In this document: positions 36,801-47,160 of the stretch, piece after piece
Layout of the letters: each line of letters starts with the position of its first letter
How positions within the stretch are numbered: position 1 is the first letter of the stretch
NCBI GenBank assembly: GCA_032718475.1
Contig: JAUCBJ010002733.1
Location: forward strand, 1-47,198
Length of the DNA: 47,198 bases
Source of the DNA: Nemertoderma westbladi
Lineage: Eukaryota; Animalia; Xenacoelomorpha
Direction: 5' to 3'
Notes under the pieces: generated by a model
Database searches by the model: none
Told to the model about the DNA's origin: nothing
The model's input: the letters and a program-made list of their open reading frames with translations, nothing else
Translations under genes and position numbers: made by a program

Positions 36801-39800
36801 AGATAACTTTTAAAGAGCTTCCAAAGCTCGTTCGAATGAGCCATAAATGAAGAAAATTGGTTAAAAAATGACGGAGGAGTAGTAATTTGAAAATGAAAAA
36901 TGTCCGAGAAAATGCCCTTCAAAGTTTAAACCGTCCTGCCAAAATTGGCTGTCTGTGTTCTGGTTGGTTAATTATTTCCGGCACGAAGGATGTACACCAA
37001 CGAGCTAAAAAGTTCATTAAGGGGATTTTCGGGGTCGCTGATTTCATTTCCGGTGTCAGTTTTAATTTTTGGTGGAATCTTTTGTTCCAGTAGTTATAAA
37101 TAGACATTGACGAAAATCGAGAGTAAACAACATCAAACTCAATCCACTACAAATCAGATCGTGGCGCAAATTGACCGTAAGTGAAAATAGTGATCTTCAG
37201 CGAAAATTGAATTTAAGTGAAATAATGTTGTAACTTTAACTTTAATGTAACAATTTTCCGTATATACAAGACGTTGGCTTGCTGGGAAGGCCCATTACAC
37301 AAACTACGCATTGTAATTGTTTTGGTTAGAAAACACCGTCACTGTAACCTGCTCCATTATTCCCTTAATGTTTTTAATTAAATAAAATTAACTTTTCAAA
37401 CCCACTAAAATGTATTTTGTGTTTGTGGTCATTTTGCACTATTGACTCCTACATTCCTACAAGTATATAACGATACTGAATTTTATTGAGTTCTACTGAG
37501 CGACTACTCGGCATTTTAAATCGTCTTTGAAATATTGGCAAGAGATCCGTAGATCCGTAATCATTTTCAATTTTTTTATTAGCTATTTTTTATGCAGATT
37601 TTGGAGTAATTGATGTTCTAGAACATCCCGCGGCAAAAATATATAGATTTTTTATGGTAGCTATTATTCTTGGTATAGCTAGCAAAAATTATTTTATTGA
37701 ACTAGTGGGGAGGAGTACCGGTACGGAACTAGTGGGCCGGCGGGATTAAGGAACCAGTGCTCAGACGGATGAGCACAAAACAAAGACCCAATTATAAAGA
37801 CCTGCCTAATCTTGTAACATGTGTTAACTTTCGTTTATTGTTTTTGTTCCCCAATACGCCTTTGCAACCTGCCCCTTTACTTACCTGCTCCTTTAAATGG
37901 GACCTAACGCTCTTTGGGACCTAACGCTCTTTGGGACCTAACGCGACATTACCTCTTTCTTTCTAAAGTCTTGGGTGTTTGTTTTGTACTCACAAGTGCT
38001 CAGACGTAATAAAAATACATTAAATTGATCTTCCATTCACATATGATCATATTTAACTGATTGAACTGTTGGCTACAGGTAACTACTGAACTAAACTTTC
38101 AGTTTAGGATAAATTTCACTTTAAATAATTAAAGTGGTCACTTAGTTACTGTAAGTGCCCGTTATCTTTTTATGAGAAACAAGAATTAACTTAAACTAAG
38201 TGGCCATTTAACAAAGTGGGCATTTAAAATTATTAAGTGGCCAATTTAGGATAAGTGGGCACTTAGTTTGAGAAACCGGGCCATTATATTTATCTAAATA
38301 TAGCTCCAAGTAAAAAATTTATCGGACACATCAGTTGAATCCTAAATTGAACTAAATTCGACCTAAACGTGTTATTAACTATTTATTTTACAAAAAGAAA
38401 GTACTATTTTTTTGTCCGACTTTTTCGTCCATATTCTACTATTTCGAGGAAATGCGGATTAAAAAGAGGACAAAAAAATGGTTTATTTTTGTAGAAGATG
38501 TTGTTTTCTTTTAAAATTTCACCTTTTCTCCGCAAAAATGCGGACAAAAAATACATTTTGTCCAAAATCAAACCACATTTAGAATATACTAATATTAATT
38601 ATGAATTAATTAAATACAATTATTGGAAGTTGAAGTCACACTGATCACCACTAGCTACCATTTAATATTTCTTTAAAATATACCTTTTTGAATTAGAAGT
38701 AACTAAGTTATCGCAAATTTGATGTCAATTCTGCACCATTGTGTAATAAAATAATACTAGCTACTATTAATTAGCTATACTGTGTTAGTGAAGGTGATAT
38801 TCCATAACGTTAATCAAATAATCTTAACAAAAATTTGATTAACTTGTTCAAAGGATCCTACAACTAATCATTTTAATGCTAAATTTATTAATAATTACAA
38901 TCGTAATTACTTATCTTGAATAAATACAGTAATGCGATAATACAGTAATGTAATGACATCAACAGAAAAATCTTCTAGATCGTTGATTGGATAAATATTT
39001 ATTACCGAATTTTTGGAATTTTGATTGGATAATCAATCTTTTATTCTTAAATAGTTACTTTTTCGCTCGAATTTAAACCAAAATCGGGAGAAAAATTTGC
39101 ACTTTTTTTCCCTAAGGAAAAAAGTAACCCAGAGGATTGCATTGATTTTAGTTTTTCCCCGGCGAAAAAGTAAAATAAAATATCTTTGGTGGAATTTCAT
39201 AAATTTTATTAAATGTGTTCAAAGAGCATTGACGTAGAAAATGTTTGCACGTAATTTGAGCAAAATCCATTCGCACACTCAAAAGTTATGGCAAATTCGG
39301 TGTCTGCGCGGCGACTCCAAAACGTAACTCAATATCAAATATTGGTTTATGTTGTTATGGTTCTCTAGTTACGTAATAAATATTCGAGAACACTAAATTA
39401 TTTAACATTGAGTAAGGCAACATCAGGAGTTGAAGAGTACAGTAATTGAAATGCAGTAATTATGGAAGCAATATACTGTAGTAAAATACTACAGTTCAAT
39501 TTATATTGTAACTCTATAGAGTTACAATATAAATTGAACTGTAGTCATAGTGAAAAAAACGTTCTACTTTTTCTCAGATCTAATAAATAATTATTATGTC
39601 CGCATTTTTGAGGATAAAAAGGTGAATTTTTAAAAGAACATTTATGATTATAAATCGGATAAATTGTCAATGAGTTAAATGTCGTGCTAACAGGTAGTTT
39701 TTCAAGATATCTCGTTCCCTCTCCCCCTTTTCCTCCCCAACTCCTCCTATATTTTATAATATATTTCTATGTTTTAGTTTGCATTGAATTGCCTGACGCA

Positions 39801-41929
39801 AATGGTACAGACTGTCCAGTATGGGCAGCCGCTGGTAAGTAACGGTAACTAAGAAACTAAAACTTTAAAAACTCTATAAATCTGTGCAACTAATTAACTA
39901 AAGGCTATATATAGGGCCTACTGTATACTGTAACTCGTCTTCCAACAAAAAGCAAAGCAAATATTATTAAAATTTTAAAATAATGAGAGGGGTGGGTGGG
40001 GGCTCCGACTCCTGTTCCGGCTCCGACTTGATAAAAATGGTTGTTGTATTAAGATGATTTATAATGTTTTCCTAAAACAAACTACTATAATGTACAGTAG
40101 CAGAGTAACTGCTCAATAGTTCACCTACTGCAATAGAAGTATATGGGTAAGGCTTCTCTCGAAAATCTCTCTAATCTTGTTGCATTGTACAAATTCGATA
40201 AGTCTAATAACGCCTACAGTACTGGTATTTTATATGCTGTGCTGATAGCTATGGTGACCATAATCTGGTACTGTGGATGCATATTCTATAACAAGGCAAT
40301 TTAAGGATTTAAAGAGTGCAATGCCTGAATCTAAGTGTAAATTTAGATTAAGTTTTTATTGTCTTTCAGCCAAGAGTGTTTACTGTTTAGGCCTATTGTA
40401 AGAGTATATTCGTTGTTCAAAATTCCACAAAATTTCTTAGATTAGAGCCTCATGACTTAGGGTTGTTAGGGTTACATGATAATTTTAATTGGGGTTTGGG
40501 GCTTAGCCAGGATTTGGTACTTTGGATTTAGTACTGTTTTTCACTAATTTTCTAGGTATTTGTTTTTGCTTTGATAATTATTATTGATTAAATCGAAACG
40601 TCAACTGTTTTTTAGAAGTTTTATTTTTCAAATCATGAAATTTAAGATATTTGCGCTGTTCATTGTTGCCTTAATAAACTGAAACGTTATCATACAGCCT
40701 TATCATTAGTTAGGCCTAATATAGAATTACACATACTGTAATAGGCGTAGTTTGTAACTGATTTTAAACAATTATATACCGAAGGGTCAGACTTAGTACC
40801 TTTTATAACAACTGTGGAAGGTGTTTTGAAACTACCCATCATGTATAGATCTGTGTTTTATGACTATACGCGTGGCACTTCTCGTACTGTAGGTGGTATG
40901 CTTACATTAAGAGTAGCAGTCCTGAAAATAAAAATTTTAATTCCAGGTCCGGTAAGGGCTTTGAGTAGGCAGTAGGAGTTACAGTAGGCAATTATCAAGT
41001 ATTGGACCTGGCTTTGCTGTGGTAATAATAATAAAAGGGCTTTGATTATGCCTAGCGTAGAATAGTGCTATAAAAATAATCAATATTATTGTTATTGTTA
41101 TTAATATTTTTTTTTTTATTATTTTTTTTTTTTTATTATTTTTTTATTCCCACTTGTCTAGCCGAGGCTGCTATATAGAGGTAACTTTAAATTTCCCGAT
41201 CAGGATCTATCCTGATGGGGCTATATCAACATATACTGCCATACTGTACTACATACACTGAATTAATGTTTTCTGACACAAATTAAATCTGTTATATAAA
41301 ATTTTGAAAATGCCATCACAGATTGTTTTGAATAATTTGACCAATTGAAAATTCAAAATACTAGGCTGGGTCTTACTTTTGTACCATGGGGGTCTTACTG
41401 TTGTACCAGGAGGTTTGTTTTTGTTGCAGAGGGGTCATAGGTTTGTAACAGGGGGTCTTACTTTTGTACCAGGGGGTCTTGCTTTTGTACCAGAGGGGTC
41501 TTACTTTTGTACCAGGGGGTCTTGCTTTTGTACCAGAGGGGTCTTCATTGTGTACGAAGGGGTCTTACTTTTGCACCAGGGTGGGTGGGATCTTACTTTT
41601 GTATCAGGGGGGTCTTAATTTCGTACCAGGGGGTCTTACTTATGGACTATGGCGGGTGGGGTCTTACATTTCTACACAGTTTTACTTTTGTACGTTCTTA
41701 GATCTTTGATTAGGTTTTTTACACATCCGACATACAATATAATTACAATTATTTATCTCGTAACTATTTATATGGTAACTTCGCCAATTTCGGCTCACTG
41801 CACGCCATATTAAACCAACTGCCGTATATTTAAATTAATATTTATTCTTCATTTGCAGACGAGTGCCAAGCAAACCCAGCCTATATGTACACACACTGTC
41901 AGACATCCTGTAACAAGTGTAACGACTAA
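18716..41929 (+). CDS. Multi-exon gene for a secreted EGF-like + 8x ShKT-domain protein (~423 aa); join(18716..18812,22200..22319,22525..22653,22827..22955,23771..23899,24533..24664,28579..28599,29058..29186,35892..36149,39778..39834,41859..41929)
   Basis: Each internal exon has a polypyrimidine-AG acceptor and a GT donor. All junctions are phase 1, and the joined length is 1272 nt (424 codons) with no internal stop. The repeated C-x9/10-C-x2-W-x5-C-x2-NP-x-(Y/W)M-x3-C-x2-(S/A)C-x2-C pattern is the ShKT signature. Confidence 0.9.
19008..22020. repeat. ~3-kb C-rich variable-unit minisatellite in intron 1 (core TTCGTACCCAACC + CCCT runs)
   Basis: On the order of 100 core copies separated by variable pyrimidine linkers; source of many spurious Pro-rich and Gly-rich ORFs. 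Confidence 0.95.
22200..22319 (+). CDS. Exon 2: EGF-like module (DPCWGVDCGVNAHCDAITGWCECDDLINHVMLLNGNCFED)
   Basis: TTTCTTTCAG acceptor, C|GTAAGT donor, six Cys with C-x4-C-x5-C-x6-CxC-x13-C spacing. Confidence 0.85.
22525..22653 (+). CDS. Exon 3: ShKT domain 1 (PCIEAADQSQYCVGWSMIGECDNNPGYMYVDCQESCDKCNDGI)
   Basis: TTTTAG acceptor, GTAAGT donor, 129 nt, ShKT Cys pattern. Confidence 0.92.
22827..22955 (+). CDS. Exon 4: ShKT domain 2 (ICVEEDDQFPDCAGWSTTGECTANPGWMYNNCQTSCDRCGDGT)
   Basis: TTACAG acceptor, GTAAGA donor, 129 nt. Confidence 0.92.
23400..23675 (-). mobile_element. Degenerate 3' fragment of a second CRE-like element
   Basis: ORF 23466..23648 reads ISLLLSAKKD...VRNRLNFALLRSSVMYL, resembling the RLSFALLRS C-terminus of CRE ORFs. 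Confidence 0.6.
23771..23899 (+). CDS. Exon 5: ShKT domain 3 (VCVELPNDNSHCAGWAAIGECGANPGYMNVHCQHSCDYCQDGG)
   Basis: TTATAG acceptor, GTAGGT donor, 129 nt; visible inside ORF 23677..23907. Confidence 0.92.
24533..24664 (+). CDS. Exon 6: ShKT domain 4 (ACVEDADRNEHCPGWAAANECIDNPSYMYNYCQTSCDYCSDGPG)
   Basis: TCTCAG acceptor after a long pyrimidine tract, GTAAGT donor, 132 nt. Confidence 0.92.
25200..25951. mobile_element. Foldback/MITE with ~240-bp near-perfect inverted arms
   Basis: 25200-25438 is the reverse complement of ~25718-25951 (TCCCAATGCACAAGAAAGTC...GACTTTCTTGTGCATTGGGA); no clear TSD. Confidence 0.85.
26100..27060 (-). pseudogene. Decayed 5' region of a CR1/L2-type LINE ORF with 2A-like peptide and PHD remnant
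   Basis: LTFAGDVEVNPDP at 26740-26778, followed after a frameshift and stop by RCKH...IIECEKCDTFSHAKC. Confidence 0.65.
27157..28246. repeat. Tandem duplication of a 536-bp segment (period 554)
   Basis: 27157-27692 matches 27711-28246 with no differences seen by eye. Confidence 0.95.
28579..28599 (+). CDS. Exon 7: predicted 21-nt microexon (PNNCAEI)
   Basis: TTTTTTTTCATTTCAG acceptor and AG|GTAAGT donor only 21 nt apart; frame-preserving and stop-free in phase 1. Confidence 0.7.
   Translation, partial: QTTVQK
29058..29186 (+). CDS. Exon 8: ShKT domain 5 (GCYEEQDLDFHCPGWAADGECIDNPSYMYEKCQTSCNKCNDGT)
   Basis: ATTAG acceptor, CAG|GTTAGC donor, 129 nt. Confidence 0.9.
29455..29828 (+). mobile_element. 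Degenerate RTE fragment, continued at 31668-31945
   Basis: Matches the RTE at 13216-14307 with deletions; cut at AAACTTAA by the piggyBac-like insertion. Confidence 0.8.
29829..31190. mobile_element. piggyBac-like non-autonomous copy, inverted relative to 744-3937, other end lost
   Basis: TTAA|CCCTAT start; reverse-complement similarity to 2350-3937. Confidence 0.7.
31337..31532. repeat. 23-bp minisatellite AGCCTCAGAAGGGCGGGTTCACC, ~8 copies
   Basis: Direct reading. Confidence 0.85.
31668..31945 (+). mobile_element. Degenerate RTE 3' end
   Basis: LVLWQPHGDNKHGGQPMTFLRCILKDTGL in ORF 31376..31894. Confidence 0.85.
31965..32835 (-). mobile_element. Older degenerate RTE copy
   Basis: Similar to 13300-14230; TAEDIKSIDSTFKRMLHLVHCVK..AHISNQ in ORF 32128..32325. 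Confidence 0.8.
32864..33922 (-). mobile_element. Helentron-associated (DINE-1/HINE-like) non-autonomous element
   Basis: 13-bp subterminal inverted repeats GGTTCACGGTCCT (~32885) / AGGACCGTGAACC (~33907), (CA)n microsatellite near one end, short GC-rich stem near the other. Confidence 0.6.
34179..35926 (+). repeat. 50-bp minisatellite (~34 units) homologous to the intron 8/exon 9 boundary
   Basis: Unit ACTGTGCTGATTTCCTTT(A/G)G|TTTGTAGTCTCCATCCCGATATGGATGCTA; the last unit runs directly into the coding exon. Confidence 0.95.
35892..36149 (+). CDS. Exon 9: ShKT domains 6 and 7 (VCPFRPDMDDNCEGWAAAGEC...CQTACNKCNDGI)
   Basis: TTTATTTCAG acceptor, AG|GTGAGA donor, 258 nt, two complete six-Cys patterns (ORF 35912..36184). 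Confidence 0.9.
36263..38282. mobile_element. PIF/Harbinger-like non-autonomous element, probably with nested insertions
   Basis: 16-bp TIR GGCCCGGTTTCTCAAA / TTTGAGAAACCGGGCC with subterminal CACTTA motifs; TSD imperfect. Confidence 0.7.
37899..37945. repeat. 17-bp tandem repeat TGGGACCTAACGCTCTT, ~3 copies
   Basis: Direct reading. Confidence 0.85.
39488..39545. repeat. Perfect 58-bp spacerless palindrome
   Basis: ACTACAGTTCAATTTATATTGTAACTCTA|TAGAGTTACAATATAAATTGAACTGTAGT. Confidence 0.95.
39778..39834 (+). CDS. Exon 10: N-half of ShKT domain 8 (VCIELPDANGTDCPVWAAA)
   Basis: GTTTTAG acceptor, G|GTAAGT donor, 57 nt; contains an NGT sequon. Confidence 0.88.
41366..41668. repeat. ~21-bp minisatellite GGGGGTCTTACTTTTGTACCA, ~14 copies, in intron 10
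   Basis: Direct reading. Confidence 0.9.
41859..41929 (+). CDS. Exon 11: C-half of ShKT domain 8 and stop (DECQANPAYMYTHCQTSCNKCND*)
   Basis: TTTGCAG acceptor; completes the Cys pattern; TAA at 41927-41929. Confidence 0.9.
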
Positions 41930-42049
41930 TAATAACCAGAGAGAGCAAATCTGTCTGATTGTTAGGTAGAAAGAAAGAATACCAACAAACTTACATGTAA
42001 AATGTTAAAATTTAACATTTATTTTGTGGTGGATATATTTACTGACTTT

Positions 42050-42218
42050 AATAAATATTATTGTGTGGTGGGATATATATGATACTACAAATAAACATTA
42101 TCTTATGTGGTGGGTTTATGAAACTTATGAGACTCCTATGTTTGGTCATGGTGATCGTCATTATTAACATCTTAAATTATCTGCAGTGTTTGTTCTTTCT
42201 TTATTTCGAATCAATAAA
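42050..42218 (+). terminator. Candidate polyadenylation signals of the ShKT gene
   Basis: AATAAA at 42050, 42090 and 42213, each followed by GT-rich sequence. Confidence 0.6.
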
Positions 42219-43779
42219 ATGATTTGGTTGGATCTGTACCACATTCAACTTCTATCCTACGACCAACAACTAAATGTACATGTGCATGTGTATGATGTCA
42301 CAATGAAGAATCATTAAATCAACATTCTTGTTGTGTGAAAACAGACTACAGTTTGTAATAGTAATAGTTATATTGAATTGTACAGTATACAATAGTGTAT
42401 ACTGGTTACAATTCACAATTATTTTATTAGCAACAGAGACAGATTTTAATAATTTATCTTTGTCAAATGAAGATTGGGATGAAGAGTGTTTGCCATCATC
42501 ATTAAATGATACAGAATGATATGAAATGTTGAATTATGCATTTTGCATCTTGGAATTATAGTAATTCAAAGATACAAACAGGTGGGACTGCTGGTAACTT
42601 TAACTCTCACCAGAACAATATTTTTCGTGGGCGTAGTAGGCAATTTCGCTATAATAATCAGCTACCACGAAATATGAATAGACCGAAAATGAACGAAATT
42701 TTAGACTGTTGAGGTTATACGGTGCTTTGGGTGTGGGTCACGTTATCATTAATACAGATCTCCAAATTTCCCAAAGTCTCAAGAATCAGTAGAAAAGTTG
42801 TAAATTATTTGCAAAGCTCTAGTGACGATGAAGAATCTTGGAATGAGGAGGAAGCACTTAGTAAAATATAGTACTCTATAGCCCAGCATTCAATTTACTT
42901 TATTTTATGGCCTATTATTTCACGCCGGACATGAAAATATTAGTTATCATATTACCTTATTATCAATTACCACATAAACAAACTGCATTGAATTAATTCT
43001 AATTGTATGTACCGTATAACAAATACGGTATATTTATTTAGTCAAGTGTAAGATACAGTATTTATCTGTATACACACAGTAGGCCTATACTATACAAGAG
43101 TAAATAATCCTAAGAAGGGGTATAAGTTAAAGTGTAGTAAAGTCCAGCTGGTCACTTCCAAAAAAGTTAATGTCTTGGTTATGTAAGGCCCATTGGTTGG
43201 CCAGTTCCTGCCCGTGTAATTAGCTGACGATCAACTGGTACTTGAGTCAAAGAAATTCAATTTCGAGTCGGAGCTTTTCTTGGGAATATGCAGTTTGGGG
43301 TACCCACACAGCCATTTTTTTACCCCTCATTTAAGGAGTTTTTTGGGTTTTTAAATTAACCAGAATTGGTCAAAAACACCCTCTGATTCGGGAACACTTG
43401 GAAAATTTTTTGAGAATTGTCAAAAAGCGTGTTTAATTCCAATACCAATTGGAAAAGTTTTTCAAAAATGTCAAAAAATCAACTGATTAACACAACAAGT
43501 ACGGTATAATTTCAATTACAATTCAGCAATCAACAGATTAACATTTTGGAATCAAATACATGAAATAGAATGCATGCAATACCAGTAGGCCTACTCCAAA
43601 TACAATATAAATACAAAATTCTATAGATTATTAAATTAGTTAGACAATAGATTAGTAAAATACATGCATTGACAACATCCTTTAATGTAGCAACATGTAG
43701 CCTCATGTAGTTCATCAGGACTGTGGTTGAGTGTGAGTAACTTAGCGACCCGGAGCCAAGCTGCAAGTGGTGGAATCGG

Positions 43780-44700
43780 TTCCTTTCGGTGGTTACAGTT
43801 AGTTAAGAACTGAATTTTGTTTCCGCTGGTGTTTCCTTTCGACGATACTTGATGGAAACATTGACAAAATGAATGTTTAATTATGGAATGCATACATTCG
43901 ACATGGTTCGTGTGTGTTCCATCAGTGGTTATAAATTTGGATCCAGTACACTCATTGCCACTAGCAGCTAAATTTTCTATGGGCGACTGTAGTGATTCGC
44001 CACTATATGATCAGGAATATTTTGGATGAAGCATTTTCGTGACTTTTGACTCCCAGATTCCAATTTAGTCGGGGAGACTTCTAACCCAGTTATCATCCAC
44101 TGCGGACCCGGATGGTCTTTACAGCTATGTTTACCGGAATTATGTTTCCTCTTCGACGTAATGGTCTCGTTGTGCTGCCCATTGTGAAAAGTTCCTTCAG
44201 AAACTTCGTAATCTGCTCTGTTGTAGATTTCAGCGTATTCAGTGACAAAGTTAATGTAATCAGTCACAGTAATGTGAGACAAATCGATCTCCGCCATTAT
44301 CTCTTTATGCGACCACCCATGACAGACACACCACACTAATGAAAAGGCAGTTAAATGGTCCAATCTCCCACCCTCTCCAAGGAACGATATATCATCCAAC
44401 TTTTTTGCTGTAATTCTTTTACAAACATCGGGACATGCTCGGTTATAACATCGATAAACTGTATGGCTCTCTCCCTGTCGCTTCTTGGAACTTGAGGCTC
44501 TTGTAGCAAGATTTCCTATCACAACTTTTGCATTGTGGAGGATCAGATGGTCCAATGCCATGCTGGCACCACCAGGTCCATATCTTTACCGAATTAGAAG
44601 CAACAACATCCCGATACTTCAACTTGGCAACATTGAAGTCACAGTTATGTCCGAGACATTCAAATTGTGCCATTACAACCTGTGGCCTACCAGCAGACCA
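43780..44700 (-). pseudogene. Degenerate Merlin/ISXO2-like (IS1595-related) transposase
   Basis: ORF 43977..44561 has TVTDYINFVTE...Q(HN)ET..SKRKHNSG...QWMITGLE...CFIQNIPD. Downstream FITTDGTHTNHVECMHSIIK matches G-x-HTN-x-IE. Upstream CKSC zinc-ribbon-like motif; frameshifted. Confidence 0.7.
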
Positions 44701-45099
44701 ATACACATAATAATAAATAGTTTTATGACGGTATGATAACGGTACAGCAGTACAGTCTGTCTGTCTGACTAAAGTGCTATAATCAGCAATCTGTGATGTG
44801 GTTTATACTGTACAGTAAAATAATACGGTACTGTAATAAAGGTACACTGGTACAGTCTGACTAAAGTGTCAATCCAGTGGCAAAAATTCAGTACCTACCA
44901 AATCTGTGATGTGCAGATGTGGGTACCTCAAACTGCATTGAGCCCTTTTCTTTCTTGAGATCTCTGACTTCATTCTATTATCATCACTTCACCCTGTCAA
45001 TACTGCGCTCCGTTTCGCTACCACCCTTCTAAGCTTTGTCTTTGTTTCCATATTTGAAATGGTCGGCATTGCATCGAAATCGGTGCATTTAGCAGCAGG

Positions 45100-45975
45100 A
45101 AGAGGTGTAGAAGGCATTATCAGAGCATTATCAGCCCGATTATCGGCATTATTAGCCCGAGGCATTATCGGTACTACTTGAGACTGATATTATTCGGCTA
45201 CCAGTAAGCCAAAAACACTAGGCGAATTTATTCCCTCGATTTCCAGAACCATCCACTCCCATTCCGAAAGTGGATTTTGTCCAGATGCCCTGGTCCTATT
45301 TTTGGCGTCGTTTTTGGTTTTAGCGGTTCACTTTAAATTTGCCCAAACCACATCTCGAATGTAGCTCCAAGGCTTTTCTTCCGGAACCAAGTTAACACCC
45401 ATGGCTTCCAACTGTGCGATTACATTCTTCCAACAATCTTCCTTAGTTTTTTTGGAAATACCGGGCGTATCAAAATTTCCGAATAGAATATCCTTGTTTC
45501 GTGCCACTAGTTGAAGAAACGGCTTTTTTTGGGCGTTGGCTTTTTGTTTTCTAACACTTTGTTTGGATGCCATTTTCTATTATTGTTTATAAACCCAATA
45601 CGTCTCACCTACCATACAGCCAATGTGAGAGTAATGTTACGGCCTGCCTGCACTACTGGTATCGGCATCGTTGCAGAATAAAACCAGATTAATGAACTGG
45701 GCGAGTTTAGGTAGACTACTGGTACTGCTATTGAAACTAAAAGTAATTAGCCACAAACAATTTATGGTACCAGTAGCCGTAACAACTTTGATGTTATATC
45801 CTAAACTAATATTATTAGTGTAGCCCACTAATAAAATCTGAAGGATTTTATTAGTCCTTGTAAAATGTTTATGAAACACTAATAAATTCACTAATCGAAT
45901 GGTCTAGTATTTTTAACTAATATTATTAGTCCATTATTACAAGTCCATATTTTTTATGCAATACCCCCCTGGTCT
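45100..45975 (-). pseudogene. PIF/Harbinger remnant: Myb/SANT-like DNA-binding ORF plus probable TIR
   Basis: ORF 45328..45573 (FLQLV..NKDILFG...KEDCWKNV...L...W..IRDVVWANLK), with an in-frame stop. The minus strand near 45970 begins AGGGGGGTATTGCATAAA. Confidence 0.65.
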
Positions 45976-46061
45976 TAAGTAAAAAACTGATGAACTATAA
46001 ATTCGTAGACCAAGCTCTCACATTTTATCCAAACTCATACATAAACTCGACACCTATATTA

Positions 46062-46754
46062 CTACTACTACTACTAGGTCGAGCGAACTCAGACAGTGGA
46101 AATGAGATCCTTCCAGGCTTCCCGATTCTCCATAGTTGTCGCAATTTCGTTTCTCCTAAGTTCAGTATCCCTTTCAAGTTGATCTATATATGTAATGGCC
46201 GGTCGTCCACGACTACGCTTTCCATGAGTTGGTTGCCAGAAAAGTAGATCTGGTATGACCTCGTCTTTACTTCGCCAGCAGTGCCCACTGAATCTTAATC
46301 TGCGTTCACGGAGGGTGGTTGATACAGATGGTATTGAACCATAAAGCTCGGCGTTTGTCATGTGTTGTCTCCAGCTGATGTTTAGGGCTGCCCTTAGTAG
46401 TCTTGTGTAGCAACCATCAATTCGTTGTTCAAGTGATTTAGTCAGTGTCCAGGTCTCACCCCCATATAAAAATACACTTTCCACTGTGGCTCGAAAGAAC
46501 TTAGTCTTCAGGTGCCTGGAGAGATCTGATTTCCAGATGGTATCCATTTTTGATAGAGCTACCCAAGCCTTTGCTTTCCTAACTTCTATGTCCTTTTTGC
46601 TACTCTCTATCCATGATCCAAGGTACTGGAAGTCATCGACCTTCCTTAGTTGATTATTATCAATGGTTGTCAAGTTTCCATCAACATTAAAGGTCATTAA
46701 TTCGGTCTTTGTAGCATTTATATGCAATCCAACCGCCTTAGCAGATATTCCTTA
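46062..46754 (-). mobile_element. 5'-truncated RTE LINE, second family
   Basis: ORF 46089..46727 (INATKTE, DDFQYLGS, FLYGGETW, RRLRFSGHCWR); (TAG)n tail; 12-bp TSD ACACCTATATTA at 46050-46061 and 46755-46766. Confidence 0.93.
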
Positions 46755-47074
46755 ACACCTATATTATGTAGTACATTATGTACGCACCTCGTGGAGCACA
46801 TATTTAGCATATTGAGCATATACGTATATTTAGCTTGGTGCTCACTATATCGCTCACAACAAGCACAAAGGGGGTGTGATATTATACTTATGGCTCACCC
46901 CACCATGATGAGGAAATGCATGGCTTGCCCCACTAACGTGTGATACTGACTGTTGACCGGCCATGTCAGTAACACAGTACAGTACACGGAATGTACCCAT
47001 ACAGCATTCCTCTGCCCATTGTGCTACAGGTAGGTGTTTGTTCAGGTTCTTGCAGACTTATGGACTTATGCACG

Positions 47075-47160
47075 CAATACAGTGTCCTTTAGGAGGCATC
47101 TCACGAAAGTCAAGGGCTGTCCACCATGCTAATTTTCTCCATGGGGCTGCCAAAGCACAA
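47075..47160 (-). mobile_element. Degenerate RTE 3' fragment (family 1)
   Basis: CAGTGTCCTTTA...GGGCTGTCCACCATGCT...CTGCCAAAG matches 13350-13430. Confidence 0.7.

Noticed and set aside
41379-41709. Three overlapping ORFs with GGLTFVP repeats
   Set aside because: Translations of a 21-bp intronic minisatellite.
43222-43260. Hammerhead ribozyme core (CTGACGA...GAAA)
   Set aside because: Stem II is not directly followed by GAAA and stems I/III could not be formed.
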